Positions 27,370-36,406 of a stretch of DNA of 64,000 nucleotides are shown here, in pieces (position 1 is the stretch's first letter; every line of letters starts with the position of its first letter). The DNA is from Sphingomonadales bacterium 39-57-19. GTDB lineage: Bacteria; Pseudomonadota; Alphaproteobacteria; Sphingomonadales; Sphingomonadaceae. The stretch lies in contig NCJG01000004.1 in the NCBI GenBank assembly GCA_002282385.1, positions 12,254-76,253 on the forward strand, read 5' to 3'. The notes under the pieces were generated by a model. That model saw only the letters and a list, made by a program, of their open reading frames with translations, did no database searches and had not been told where the DNA came from. Both the position numbers and the translations under genes were made by a program.

Positions 27370-28925
27370 TGGTCGTTCGGTCCTTATATCCAAGCATTAA
27401 AAAACTCGCGCTCGCGCTGGCATGTGTTCTCGGCGCGGTGGTTGCGACCCCGGTCTATGCAGATGCGAGTGATATTAGCGCTGCTGCACGCAGTGTCGTG
27501 CGCATTATCGTTTTTAGCTCAGCAGATGGCCAGCAGACCATTGTCAGCATTGGTTCTGGCGTGGTTGTTGACCGCAACAAGGTCATTACTAACGCTCATG
27601 TCGTGGAACAGGCGCGCTTTGACGACAGCGTCGAAATTGTCGTTGTGCCCTCTGACGGGACACAAAGCTATCGCGCCACGGTGTCCGCCGTGGTCGCGCG
27701 CAAGGACCTTGCGCTTCTGCAGATTTCTAAGGGCGCGTTGGTCCCCGCCAGCATATTTGCGGGCGCGGTATCCGATGGCGCGGATGTCTTCGCAATTGGC
27801 TATCCGGCCAGCGTGGATGTCGCGCTTGAACAAAGCGAGGCGGACGTGCTGCGCCCTCAACCGCCCGTTAAAACGCGGGGCACGATTTCATCGGGCCGGA
27901 CATCGAAGTCCGTTGAATCGCTTTTACACACCGCGCCCATTGCACCGGGCAATAGCGGCGGGCCGATTGTCGATGCATGTGGCCGCGTTGTTGGCATCAA
28001 CAGCTTTGGATCAGTAGCGAACGATGGCGGTGCCGAGTTCTACTTCGCCATTTCAACCCGCGAGCTTGCGGCATTTCTCGACAATCAAGGCGTCACATTC
28101 CGGACGGTTCGTGGCGATTGCCGCTCGGTCGCGGAATTGACCCGCGCTGAGGCAGAACTGGAAGCGGCGACCCGCGCCAAGGTCGAGAAAGAAGCACGCG
28201 TCGCCGCCGAATTGCAACGCAGCCGTGAAGGCAAAGTGCGCAGTGACGCCGAACACGCAGTCATATCTGCCCGCGAAAACCATATTGCGCTTGCGGTTTT
28301 GCTGCTGGTCTTAAGTGCCGTCGCCGGTGGCGCAGCGTGGCAATTTTCGGAGCGTGGGCAGAATGATCGTTTCAAGGCGGCTGCCGCGGCGGGCGCGATA
28401 TTATTGGTTTCGGCGGTCGGTATTTTTGCAGCGCGCCCTTCTTTCAACGAAGTCGATGACAGGGTGCGTGCGGCCCTGACTGCGGATGCGCCGCAGGACG
28501 AAGCGGTCAAAGCGGCCGTGACGGAAGCGGCCAAAATATGCGTGCTGCAGCCCGAACGCAGCCGTATCACCATGTCCGATACCGCCGATGTTGATTTCAC
28601 GTGGCGGCCGGACGGATGCGTCAATGGGCGGACGCAATATGTCGAAAGCGGCGGGCGATGGGTCCGAAGCTTTGTGCCGAACAATGATGCACAGATTTCG
28701 GTGACGAGTTATGCCCCCGATACCAATATCTATCGTATTGAGCGTTTTCTGCCGGGTACAGATGCCATGCGCTCCGCCCGCGAAGCGCGTCAGCGTTATG
28801 ACGTGAAGACATGTACAACGGACGCCAGTCAGCTGACCAATATCGACAATATGAATAAGGCGATTGCCGCACAATTGCCGCCCGCCCCGAACGAGATATT
28901 GCTGTTCACCTGCACTGACCGTTGA
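27366..28925 (+). CDS. Trypsin-like (S1) serine protease with coiled coil, two TM helices and an unknown C-terminal domain
   Basis: Triad in TNAHV, DLALL and GNSGGP; ATGA overlap with the PBP gene. Confidence 0.85.
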   Translation: MMVVRSLYPSIKKLALALACVLGAVVATPVYADASDISAAARSVVRIIVFSSADGQQTIVSIGSGVVVDRNKVITNAHVVEQARFDDSVEIVVVPSDGTQSYRATVSAVVARKDLALLQISKGALVPASIFAGAVSDGADVFAIGYPASVDVALEQSEADVLRPQPPVKTRGTISSGRTSKSVESLLHTAPIAPGNSGGPIVDACGRVVGINSFGSVANDGGAEFYFAISTRELAAFLDNQGVTFRTVRGDCRSVAELTRAEAELEAATRAKVEKEARVAAELQRSREGKVRSDAEHAVISARENHIALAVLLLVLSAVAGGAAWQFSERGQNDRFKAAAAAGAILLVSAVGIFAARPSFNEVDDRVRAALTADAPQDEAVKAAVTEAAKICVLQPERSRITMSDTADVDFTWRPDGCVNGRTQYVESGGRWVRSFVPNNDAQISVTSYAPDTNIYRIERFLPGTDAMRSAREARQRYDVKTCTTDASQLTNIDNMNKAIAAQLPPAPNEILLFTCTDR

Positions 28926-28967
28926 ATCGTGGATTGTGCACCGCGACATTCTGATTATGGTGGCCGC

Positions 28968-30422
28968 ATGACCCGTTTGCTGCCGTTTTTGCTTTTGTTG
29001 CTGTCGGCTACACTTGCCGGTTGTTCGCAGGGCGTCGACAATGAACGGGTCCGCGTCGATGTGATTGAGGATCGTCCCAAGCCCTTTAACGTGTCCGCCT
29101 CACCATTACCGCTCGCCTCTGCCTATCTGCGCAGTGCAACGGCACAGGGGTTGGTCACCTTTGACGAAAAAGGCCGCGTTGCGCCGGGGTTGGCGAGCCG
29201 CTGGATCGTTAATGACGACGGTATGAGTTATATCTTCCGCCTGAACAAAGCGCGGTGGAACGATGGGCGCGAATTGGATTCGCAAGAGGTTGCGCAGCTT
29301 TTGACCCGGCGCATAAGCGAACTCAAAAAGGGCCGTTGGGGCGATGAGCTTGCGGTCATCGACCGCGTCGTCGCAATGACAGGCAAGGTCGTTGAAATCC
29401 GGCTGAAGGCCCCGATGCCTTATTTGCTTGAGCTGCTTGCTTTGCCTGAATTCGGATTGTTACGTCGCGGTGCCGGGTCCGGCCCGATGCAGGCCAAGAA
29501 ATTGGGTCAGGCCATGCAGTTGCGGCGCAATGAAATGGATGCAGAGGGGACGGCGGTTCTTGGCACCGCAACGGTTACGCTGCGCCGGGGCGAAGCCTCG
29601 TTGGTGCTCGCGCGTTATGTGCTTGGGCAGACCGATTTGATTGAGGGCGGCCGGTTTGAAACCTTCCCGTTGCTCGAAGCGGCAAAGATCAATGCCAATG
29701 AAATCCAGTTTGATGCGGTCCCGGGTTTGTTTGGATTAATGGTGGTGCAGGCTGGGCCCTTTTTAGCGGACAAGGACAACCGGACGGCAATCGCGATGGC
29801 CATTGACCGGCCAAAGCTGCTCACTGCTTTCGACATCGTCGCATGGCGCGAAACGGTCACGCTCGTGCCCGAAAGCTTACCGAACCGCGCGGACATCGCC
29901 CGCCCCGATTGGGCGGCGCCATCCATGGACCAAAGACGGTCTATGGCCGCTGCAAGCATTGCAAACTGGAAGCGTGCGAACGGGGCTATCCGGCCTTTGC
30001 GTGTTGCGCTGCCGCGTGGGTATGGCAGCCGCATATTTTTTGCCCGCCTGCGCGCTGATCTGGCGGCCGTGGGTATCGATATTGAGCGGGTGACCGCCGA
30101 CCGGCCGCATGACCTGCGTTTGATTGACCTGACGGCGCAGCAATCCAGCCCTGCATGGTATCTGGACCAATTGTCCTGCAAATTTGCCGCGATATGCAGC
30201 GCGCGGGCGGACGCAATCGTCGCAGAGGCGCGCATGACACAGGACATGGCGATGCGCGCGCAATTATTGGGGCAGGCGGAAGCCGAAATGCAATCCACGG
30301 TTGGCTTTATTCCGATTGCCAATCCGCTGCGCTGGTCGGTCGTGCGGCCGGGGCTTTTGGGGCACTTTGCCAACGGACGGGGCTGGCACCTGTTGCAATA
30401 TCTCGGGCTGGACCCAACATAG
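28968..30422 (+). CDS. Family 5 solute-binding-protein-like lipoprotein (orphan)
   Basis: Lipobox LAGC; motifs GLVTFD, PGLASRW, YIFRL and ARWNDG. Start at ATG 28968. Confidence 0.8.
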   Translation: MTRLLPFLLLLLSATLAGCSQGVDNERVRVDVIEDRPKPFNVSASPLPLASAYLRSATAQGLVTFDEKGRVAPGLASRWIVNDDGMSYIFRLNKARWNDGRELDSQEVAQLLTRRISELKKGRWGDELAVIDRVVAMTGKVVEIRLKAPMPYLLELLALPEFGLLRRGAGSGPMQAKKLGQAMQLRRNEMDAEGTAVLGTATVTLRRGEASLVLARYVLGQTDLIEGGRFETFPLLEAAKINANEIQFDAVPGLFGLMVVQAGPFLADKDNRTAIAMAIDRPKLLTAFDIVAWRETVTLVPESLPNRADIARPDWAAPSMDQRRSMAAASIANWKRANGAIRPLRVALPRGYGSRIFFARLRADLAAVGIDIERVTADRPHDLRLIDLTAQQSSPAWYLDQLSCKFAAICSARADAIVAEARMTQDMAMRAQLLGQAEAEMQSTVGFIPIANPLRWSVVRPGLLGHFANGRGWHLLQYLGLDPT

Positions 30423-30435
30423 GTCCAAAGGAGTT

Positions 30436-30864
30436 ATGCCAGTGCCGATTTCGCAGGACCAGTTCGCACAAATTGCCAAGGATCTGCCCGGAATGGGCAA
30501 CGACCCACAGGCCGTTCGCATGCGCGTCGAAGCACTCGAAAAGGTGCTTGAACGGGCGTTTCATATTCCCGGCACAAAAATTCCGGTGGGTTTAGACACC
30601 GTCATCGGCTTGGTGCCGGTGCTTGGCGATCTCGTGACCGCAGCCATGGGCGCCTATATAGTCTGGGAAGGCCGCAATCTGGGCATGTCAAAATGGCAGC
30701 TGCTGCGCATGAGTGCGAATATCGGCATTGATACCGCAATTGGCGCGGTGCCATTTTTGGGCGATGCCTTTGACTTGGTGTGGCGTTCAAATACGAAGAA
30801 CCTGAAGATCATCCGCAAACATCTCGACAAACATCATCCGTCCACGCGGATTATCGAACGTTAA
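30436..30864 (+). CDS. DUF4112-like membrane protein
   Basis: Motifs AFHIPGT, GLDTVIGLVPVLGD, GAVPFLGDAFD and RSNTKN; AGGAG RBS. Confidence 0.8.
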   Translation: MPVPISQDQFAQIAKDLPGMGNDPQAVRMRVEALEKVLERAFHIPGTKIPVGLDTVIGLVPVLGDLVTAAMGAYIVWEGRNLGMSKWQLLRMSANIGIDTAIGAVPFLGDAFDLVWRSNTKNLKIIRKHLDKHHPSTRIIER

Positions 30865-31592
30865 CGCCCACGCCAGATTTTGACTTGCGCTGTGCGTGAT
30901 GCAGCCCGGCTAAAGCTGGGGCATCTTCGCGGTTTGAATGCGCGGTCTAGGCAAATGCGTATTTCTTGAAGCCAGCCTTTCGGGCTGACCTTTACCGTCA
31001 CCGAGTCCGCAGGCATCCCATCGTTCAATTCGGCAAATCTCTCGGCAATCGTTGCTGCGGTCAATGGCGTTCCACGTTCCGGCTCGCGCGAAAGCCGCGC
31101 CATGTCGGGAAACTCAAGCGCATGGAACAGCAGACGGGCTGCACCGAAATAGGCCTCCGGCGTTTTGGCGATGCAGCTGCCATGCTTGGCCCATTGGTGC
31201 TGCAGCAATTGCGGGGAAGGGCTCAGGCAGATGTTGTTGCTAATGGTCTGCCGTGGCAGCACGCCCACCGGCCGGCAATATTGCGGATAATTTGGGCCCT
31301 TTGCTTCGGGCCAAAGGCCATGAAGGATGAAGCCGAAGTCGCCAATTGTGCCTGAACATTGGAACCGCATCGCCGGGTCGCGTTCCCGTCCACGGCAAAA
31401 TTCGGGGCTCCAGCTTAATGCCAGAATATAGCCCGCAATCGCGGTGCGCCGGACCTGATTAGGTGACGGAAGCTCCAATGCTGGGCGCGGCAGATAATGT
31501 GTGGGCTGGCACTGCCATGCTTGCGCCAGCGCCGGTGCTGGCGACAGGCACGCGGCCGCGCCTAAAAGGACGAGGCCGCTAAGCCTGCGCAA
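30861..31592 (-). CDS. Ribonuclease T2 family, exported
   Basis: Signal peptide, YILALSWSP, CAS I LHGLWP, CAS II HQWAKHGSC. Confidence 0.9.
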   Translation of the reverse strand: MRRLSGLVLLGAAACLSPAPALAQAWQCQPTHYLPRPALELPSPNQVRRTAIAGYILALSWSPEFCRGRERDPAMRFQCSGTIGDFGFILHGLWPEAKGPNYPQYCRPVGVLPRQTISNNICLSPSPQLLQHQWAKHGSCIAKTPEAYFGAARLLFHALEFPDMARLSREPERGTPLTAATIAERFAELNDGMPADSVTVKVSPKGWLQEIRICLDRAFKPRRCPSFSRAASRTAQVKIWRGR

Positions 31593-32427
31593 AATCCAGG
31601 CCGATATCCGCAGCGGGTGCGCTTTGCGTCAAGCGTCCAACCGAGATGTAGGTAACGCCGGTTTCTGCCTTCGCGCGAATGCTATCAAGCGTGACACCGC
31701 CCGACGCCTCTGTCGGCACACGGCCAGCAATTAACGCAACTGCGGTGCGCAGCGTATCTGCGTCCATATTGTCGAGCAGCAAATGGCTCGCGCCCGCCGC
31801 AAGCCCGGGTTCGATCTGCGCGATGCTATCGACCTCTAATATGATGCGTTCGACGCCTGCTTCGCGTGCGCGGCGTACCGCCTCTGCAACGCCGCCTGCG
31901 ACCGCCACATGATTGTCCTTGATCATCGCGGCGTCCCACAAGCCCATGCGGTGGTTCGTTGCCCCGCCCATGCGCGTGGCGTATTTTTCGAGCACGCGAA
32001 GCCCGGGAATGGTTTTACGCGTGTCCAACAGGGTGCAGCCGGTGCCCGAAATCGCGTCGACATATTGTCGTGTTAGCGTCGCGATGCCCGAAAGATGTTG
32101 GACCGTGTTTAGTGCCGACCGCTCCGCCGTCAGCATCGCGCGGGCATTGCCCCGAAGGCGCATAAGGTCCGTTCCAGCGGCAACCTGCTGTCCTTCTTCG
32201 ACAAGCAGGTCGATTTCCATCGCGGGATCGAGCGATGTGAAGAACGCAACGGCAATCGGCAGACCGGCCACGACGATGGCGTCACGGCTGTCCATCGTGC
32301 CTTCAAACCGGACATCTGCCGGGATAACGCTTTGTGATGTAACGTCGGTGCCGGTTGGCCCCAGATCTTCGGCAAGCGTCGCGCGGACAAAGGCGTCGAG
32401 ATCAAAATGGGGAAGGGTAAAGGCCAT
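31579..32427 (-). CDS. nadC: Nicotinate-nucleotide pyrophosphorylase (QPRTase)
   Basis: Motifs AERSALN, LLDTRKT, NHRMGL, LLLDN and EASGG. Confidence 0.97.
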   Translation of the reverse strand: MAFTLPHFDLDAFVRATLAEDLGPTGTDVTSQSVIPADVRFEGTMDSRDAIVVAGLPIAVAFFTSLDPAMEIDLLVEEGQQVAAGTDLMRLRGNARAMLTAERSALNTVQHLSGIATLTRQYVDAISGTGCTLLDTRKTIPGLRVLEKYATRMGGATNHRMGLWDAAMIKDNHVAVAGGVAEAVRRAREAGVERIILEVDSIAQIEPGLAAGASHLLLDNMDADTLRTAVALIAGRVPTEASGGVTLDSIRAKAETGVTYISVGRLTQSAPAADIGLDFAQA

Positions 32428-32507
32428 GTCAGTGCAGTCCGGCGATTCTTATCGGATGGGGTTGCCCCCACCCATAAGTGCGTTCGAACCGGGCAGCAAT
32501 GCCGTAA

Positions 32508-33143
32508 TCAGTAGCCCATCAGGCTCATGACTTCCTTGCGGCTCGATTGGTCGTCAAGGAAACATCCGATAAGTTTTGACGTGACCATGCCGACGCCATG
32601 CACCTTCACACCGCGACCCGTCATGCAACCATGCTGCGCCTCAATGACAACCGCGACGCCCTCTGGCTTCAGATGTTCCCAAATGCAGTTTGCGACCTCA
32701 GCGGTCAGGCGTTCTTGAACCTGCAGCCGTTGAGCAAAGCCATGCAGCACGCGCGCCAGCTTTGAAATGCCGACAACGCGATCCGTTGGCATATAGGCAA
32801 TCGATGCCTTGCCAATGATCGGCGCCATATGGTGCTCACAATGGGACTGGAACGGGATATCCTTCAGCAGAACCAGCTCGTGATATCCGCCGACTTCCTG
32901 AAATGTCCGCGACAGATGCGCCGCTGGGTCTTCCGCATAGCCACCGCAATATTCGCGCCAAGCCCGTCCAACGCGCGCTGGTGTGTCCAGCAAGCCTTCA
33001 CGGGCTGGGTCATCACCGGACCAACGGATTAAGGTGCGAATGGCGTCCTGAACGTCGTCAGGAACGACGATTTTGCCGTTCTCACCAATTTCGTCTTCAT
33101 AATGTATATGTGCGATGGGAAACACCTTTTCGGGCTGGTTCAT
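32508..33143 (-). CDS. folE: GTP cyclohydrolase I
   Basis: Motifs TPARV, SHCEHHM, GISKLAR, LQVQERLT and HGCM. Confidence 0.97.
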   Translation of the reverse strand: MNQPEKVFPIAHIHYEDEIGENGKIVVPDDVQDAIRTLIRWSGDDPAREGLLDTPARVGRAWREYCGGYAEDPAAHLSRTFQEVGGYHELVLLKDIPFQSHCEHHMAPIIGKASIAYMPTDRVVGISKLARVLHGFAQRLQVQERLTAEVANCIWEHLKPEGVAVVIEAQHGCMTGRGVKVHGVGMVTSKLIGCFLDDQSSRKEVMSLMGY

Positions 33144-33304
33144 CTTGGGTCTCCAGCGGTCTTAATTGCCCGCCATTTGTATTCCCAAAAATAGGCCCGC
33201 CCGCCTCTAAAAACTATACGGCGAATAACCCATAGGCATTTCACCATGATGCGATATCATATTGATGCACGGCTAGTGCTTCAAGCACAGCCGCGCCGAT
33301 AGCT

Positions 33305-33958
33305 TTAGCCGATGGCTTGGCCAGTCTTCGCCCAGTCCGCCAAAAAGCCTTCAATGCCCTTGTCTGTCAGGATATGCTTGAACAGGCCCTTGATGACTGC
33401 AGGTGGTGCAGTCATCACGTCAGCGCCGATTTTGGCCGCTTCAAGCACATGCACACCATGGCGCACGCTGGCGACGAGGATTTCAGTGTCGAATGCGTAA
33501 TTGTCGTAAATCAGGCGAATGTCGCTGATCAGCTGCATGCCGTCAAAGCCATTGTCATCATGACGACCAACGAAGGGCGATACAAATGTTGCACCAGCTT
33601 TGGCAGCAAGCAGCGCTTGGTTGGCAGAGAAGCACAAGGTCACATTGACCATGGTCCCTTCTGACGTCAGCGCTTTGCAGGTTTTCAGACCATCAATCGT
33701 CAATGGCACCTTGATGCAGACGTTGCTTGCGATCTTGCGGAGGATTTCCGCCTCTTTCATCATCGTTGCATGATCCAGCGCAACGACTTCGGCGGATACA
33801 GGTCCATCGGTCAGCGCACAAATTTCGCGGGTGACTTCAATGAAATCGCGGCCCGATCTGGCAATCAATGTTGGGTTGGTGGTGACGCCATCAAGCAAGC
33901 CAGTCGCTGCCAGATCTTTGATATCGGCAATGTCAGCGGTGTCGGCAAAAAATTTCAT
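33305..33958 (-). CDS. tal: Transaldolase (small TalC/Fsa family)
   Basis: Motifs GVTTNP, IKVP (Schiff-base Lys) and NVTL. SPFVGR has Phe, typical of transaldolases rather than the Tyr of FSA. Confidence 0.9.
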   Translation of the reverse strand: MKFFADTADIADIKDLAATGLLDGVTTNPTLIARSGRDFIEVTREICALTDGPVSAEVVALDHATMMKEAEILRKIASNVCIKVPLTIDGLKTCKALTSEGTMVNVTLCFSANQALLAAKAGATFVSPFVGRHDDNGFDGMQLISDIRLIYDNYAFDTEILVASVRHGVHVLEAAKIGADVMTAPPAVIKGLFKHILTDKGIEGFLADWAKTGQAIG

Positions 33959-34133
33959 GGCACGTTATTCCTGATAGTAGATTCGGATGATTTCCTATTG
34001 GCAAAGTTAACGTGGAAATGACAGGCAATATTCCGTGCGGAATTGCCGCAATATATCACGCTAAAAGAACATGCTTTTGAACTGGTAGGGATAGGTGGGT
34101 GACGTCCCCCATTTGTCTGCCTATATCGACGGG

Positions 34134-36311
34134 ATGAATCCGCCCACCAACCGTGTCCGTGTTGTCCTGTTGACGCAAGCGATTGGTCCGCTCGACTATC
34201 GGTTACCTGCGGGCATGGAGGCAGGCCCCGGGTGCGTGGTGATGGTCCCGCTGGGGCCGCGTAAATTGCCCGGTGTTATTTGGGATGACGATGTTTTTGG
34301 CGATGAAGCTGTCGATGCCAGCAAACTTCGGCCGGTGTTGGAACTGCTCGACTGTCCGCCACTTGGGCACGGGCTGCGCCGCCTCGTCAACTGGGTCGCC
34401 GATTATTATCTGACCAGCCATGCCGCGGTGTTACGTATGGTATTGGCGTCGTCTGCGGCGTTTACGGTGTCTGGTACGATCATTGAATATCGCCGCACCG
34501 GCTTTGAACCCGCCAGGCTCACCCCGCAACGCGCCGCGGCGCTTGACGCGTTGGAGGGGGCGCAAGGCCTTGTTCGTGAGCTTGCCGCAGAAGCGGGGGT
34601 CAGCGATGCTGTCATCCGCGGGCTGATAAAGGCAGGGGCCTTTGAACCTGTCACGATCAGCGTGGATTCTCCGCTGCCTGAACCGCTCGCAGATTTCGAC
34701 GCGCCAAAATTGAATGACGCGCAAATGGTGGCGGCAGGCGCAATGGTCACCGCCGTCCGTTCGGGCGGGTTTGATACCTTTGTCCTCGACGGCGTGACAG
34801 GGTCTGGCAAAACCGAAACCTATTTTGAAGCGGTTGCCGAGGCTATTCGTTTGGGCAAACAAGTTCTCGTGCTGCTCCCCGAAATCGCACTGACGGCACC
34901 GTTTCTGGCCCGCTTTGAAGCGCGTTTCGGGGTGGAGCCTGCCGTGTGGCATAGCAATTTGCGGTCAACGCAGCGCCGTCGAGTTTGGCGCGCGGTGGCT
35001 GACGGCAGTGCAAAGGTCCTTGTCGGTGCACGGTCGGCTTTGTTTCTGCCCTTTGCCAATTTGCGGCTGATCATCGTCGACGAAGCGCATGAGAGCAGTT
35101 TCAAGCAAGAAGATGGCGTGCGGTACCACGCCCGCGATGTTGCCGTGATGCGTGGCCGTTTTGAAGGCTTTCCCGTGGTGCTGGCGTCGGCCACACCCGC
35201 TTTGGAATCGCGCCATATGGTCACGATCGGCCGCTATAAGGGGTTGGAAATCCCGTCCCGTTTCGGCGCGGCCAAAATGCCGGAGATTAAGGCGATTGAC
35301 CTCACCTTGGACGCGCCGGAGCGTCAACATTGGATTGCGCCAACATTGCTCAAGGCGTTGGAAGAGCGCGTGGAGCGCGGCGAGCAAAGCTTGCTGTTCC
35401 TCAACCGGCGCGGATTTGCGCCGCTCACCTTGTGCAGGACATGCGGCCACCGCTTCCAATGCCCCAATTGCACAAGCTGGATGGTCGAACACCGGCTAGT
35501 TCGCCGGCTTGCGTGCCACCATTGCGGCCATGTCATGCCGCCGCCCGAGGAATGCCCTGAATGCGGCGAGAGCGATACGCTTGTGGCCTGTGGCCCCGGC
35601 GTTGAACGCATTTGTGATGAGGTAAATCGCCTGTTGCCCGATGCGCGCACCATCGTTGCGACATCGGACACATTATGGTCACCGGAAAAAGCCGCCGAGT
35701 TCGTCTCGCGGGTTGAAAATAAGGCGGTCGATATCATCATCGGCACGCAGTTGGTGACCAAGGGATATCACTTTCCTGAACTGACCTTGGTGGGCGTGAT
35801 TGATGCCGATCTTGGACTTGAAGGCGGCGACTTGCGTGCGGCTGAACGGACATTCCAGCAAATTGCGCAAGCGGCGGGCCGGGCAGGGCGTGGTGAAAAA
35901 CCGGGTGAGGTTTTCATTCAGACGCGTAATCCCAATCACCCCGTGATCGCCGCGTTGGTCGCAGGGGACCGCGACGCATTTTACGATGCGGAAACCGAGC
36001 AACGCAAATCCGCAGGCGCGCCGCCGTTCGGGCGCTTTGCGGCGATCATCATTTCATCAGAAGACGAACGGGAGGCTATTGAAGCCGCGCGCGCAATCGG
36101 TGGCGCCGCGCCGCAGGTTGACGGCATGTATGTCTATGGCCCTGCGCCAGCGCCGCTCGCTATGCTGCGTGGCCGTTACCGCCAGCGGCTGTTGGTCCAT
36201 GCACAACGTTCGGTCGAGGTACAGACCATCATTCGCGAATGGCTGGGCAGCCTGCATTTTCCCCGGAGCGTTCGGGTCGGGGTCGACGTCGATCCCTATA
36301 GTTTCTTTTAA
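34134..36311 (+). CDS. priA: Primosomal protein N'
   Basis: Motifs GVTGSGKTE, DEAH, FLNRRG, two Cys-rich zinc motifs and QAAGRAGR. Start at ATG 34134. Confidence 0.97.
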   Translation: MNPPTNRVRVVLLTQAIGPLDYRLPAGMEAGPGCVVMVPLGPRKLPGVIWDDDVFGDEAVDASKLRPVLELLDCPPLGHGLRRLVNWVADYYLTSHAAVLRMVLASSAAFTVSGTIIEYRRTGFEPARLTPQRAAALDALEGAQGLVRELAAEAGVSDAVIRGLIKAGAFEPVTISVDSPLPEPLADFDAPKLNDAQMVAAGAMVTAVRSGGFDTFVLDGVTGSGKTETYFEAVAEAIRLGKQVLVLLPEIALTAPFLARFEARFGVEPAVWHSNLRSTQRRRVWRAVADGSAKVLVGARSALFLPFANLRLIIVDEAHESSFKQEDGVRYHARDVAVMRGRFEGFPVVLASATPALESRHMVTIGRYKGLEIPSRFGAAKMPEIKAIDLTLDAPERQHWIAPTLLKALEERVERGEQSLLFLNRRGFAPLTLCRTCGHRFQCPNCTSWMVEHRLVRRLACHHCGHVMPPPEECPECGESDTLVACGPGVERICDEVNRLLPDARTIVATSDTLWSPEKAAEFVSRVENKAVDIIIGTQLVTKGYHFPELTLVGVIDADLGLEGGDLRAAERTFQQIAQAAGRAGRGEKPGEVFIQTRNPNHPVIAALVAGDRDAFYDAETEQRKSAGAPPFGRFAAIIISSEDEREAIEAARAIGGAAPQVDGMYVYGPAPAPLAMLRGRYRQRLLVHAQRSVEVQTIIREWLGSLHFPRSVRVGVDVDPYSFF

Positions 36312-36406
36312 ATTTTGATGGCTGGATAATCCCGGGTCGAAAATCCTGATTTACCTGCGCCGCCTTATGATGCATCGTCCAAAAAAATTTTGGGGGAGAG
36401 ACCAAC

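Noticed and set aside
33144-33304. THF-II (folE motif) riboswitch upstream of folE
   Set aside because: I could not recognise its conserved sequence or a convincing fold. An Infernal search would settle it.
33305-33958. Fructose-6-phosphate aldolase linked to sulfosugar catabolism
   Set aside because: It has a transaldolase-type Phe motif, is unlinked to the SQ locus, and the SMO route needs no aldolase.
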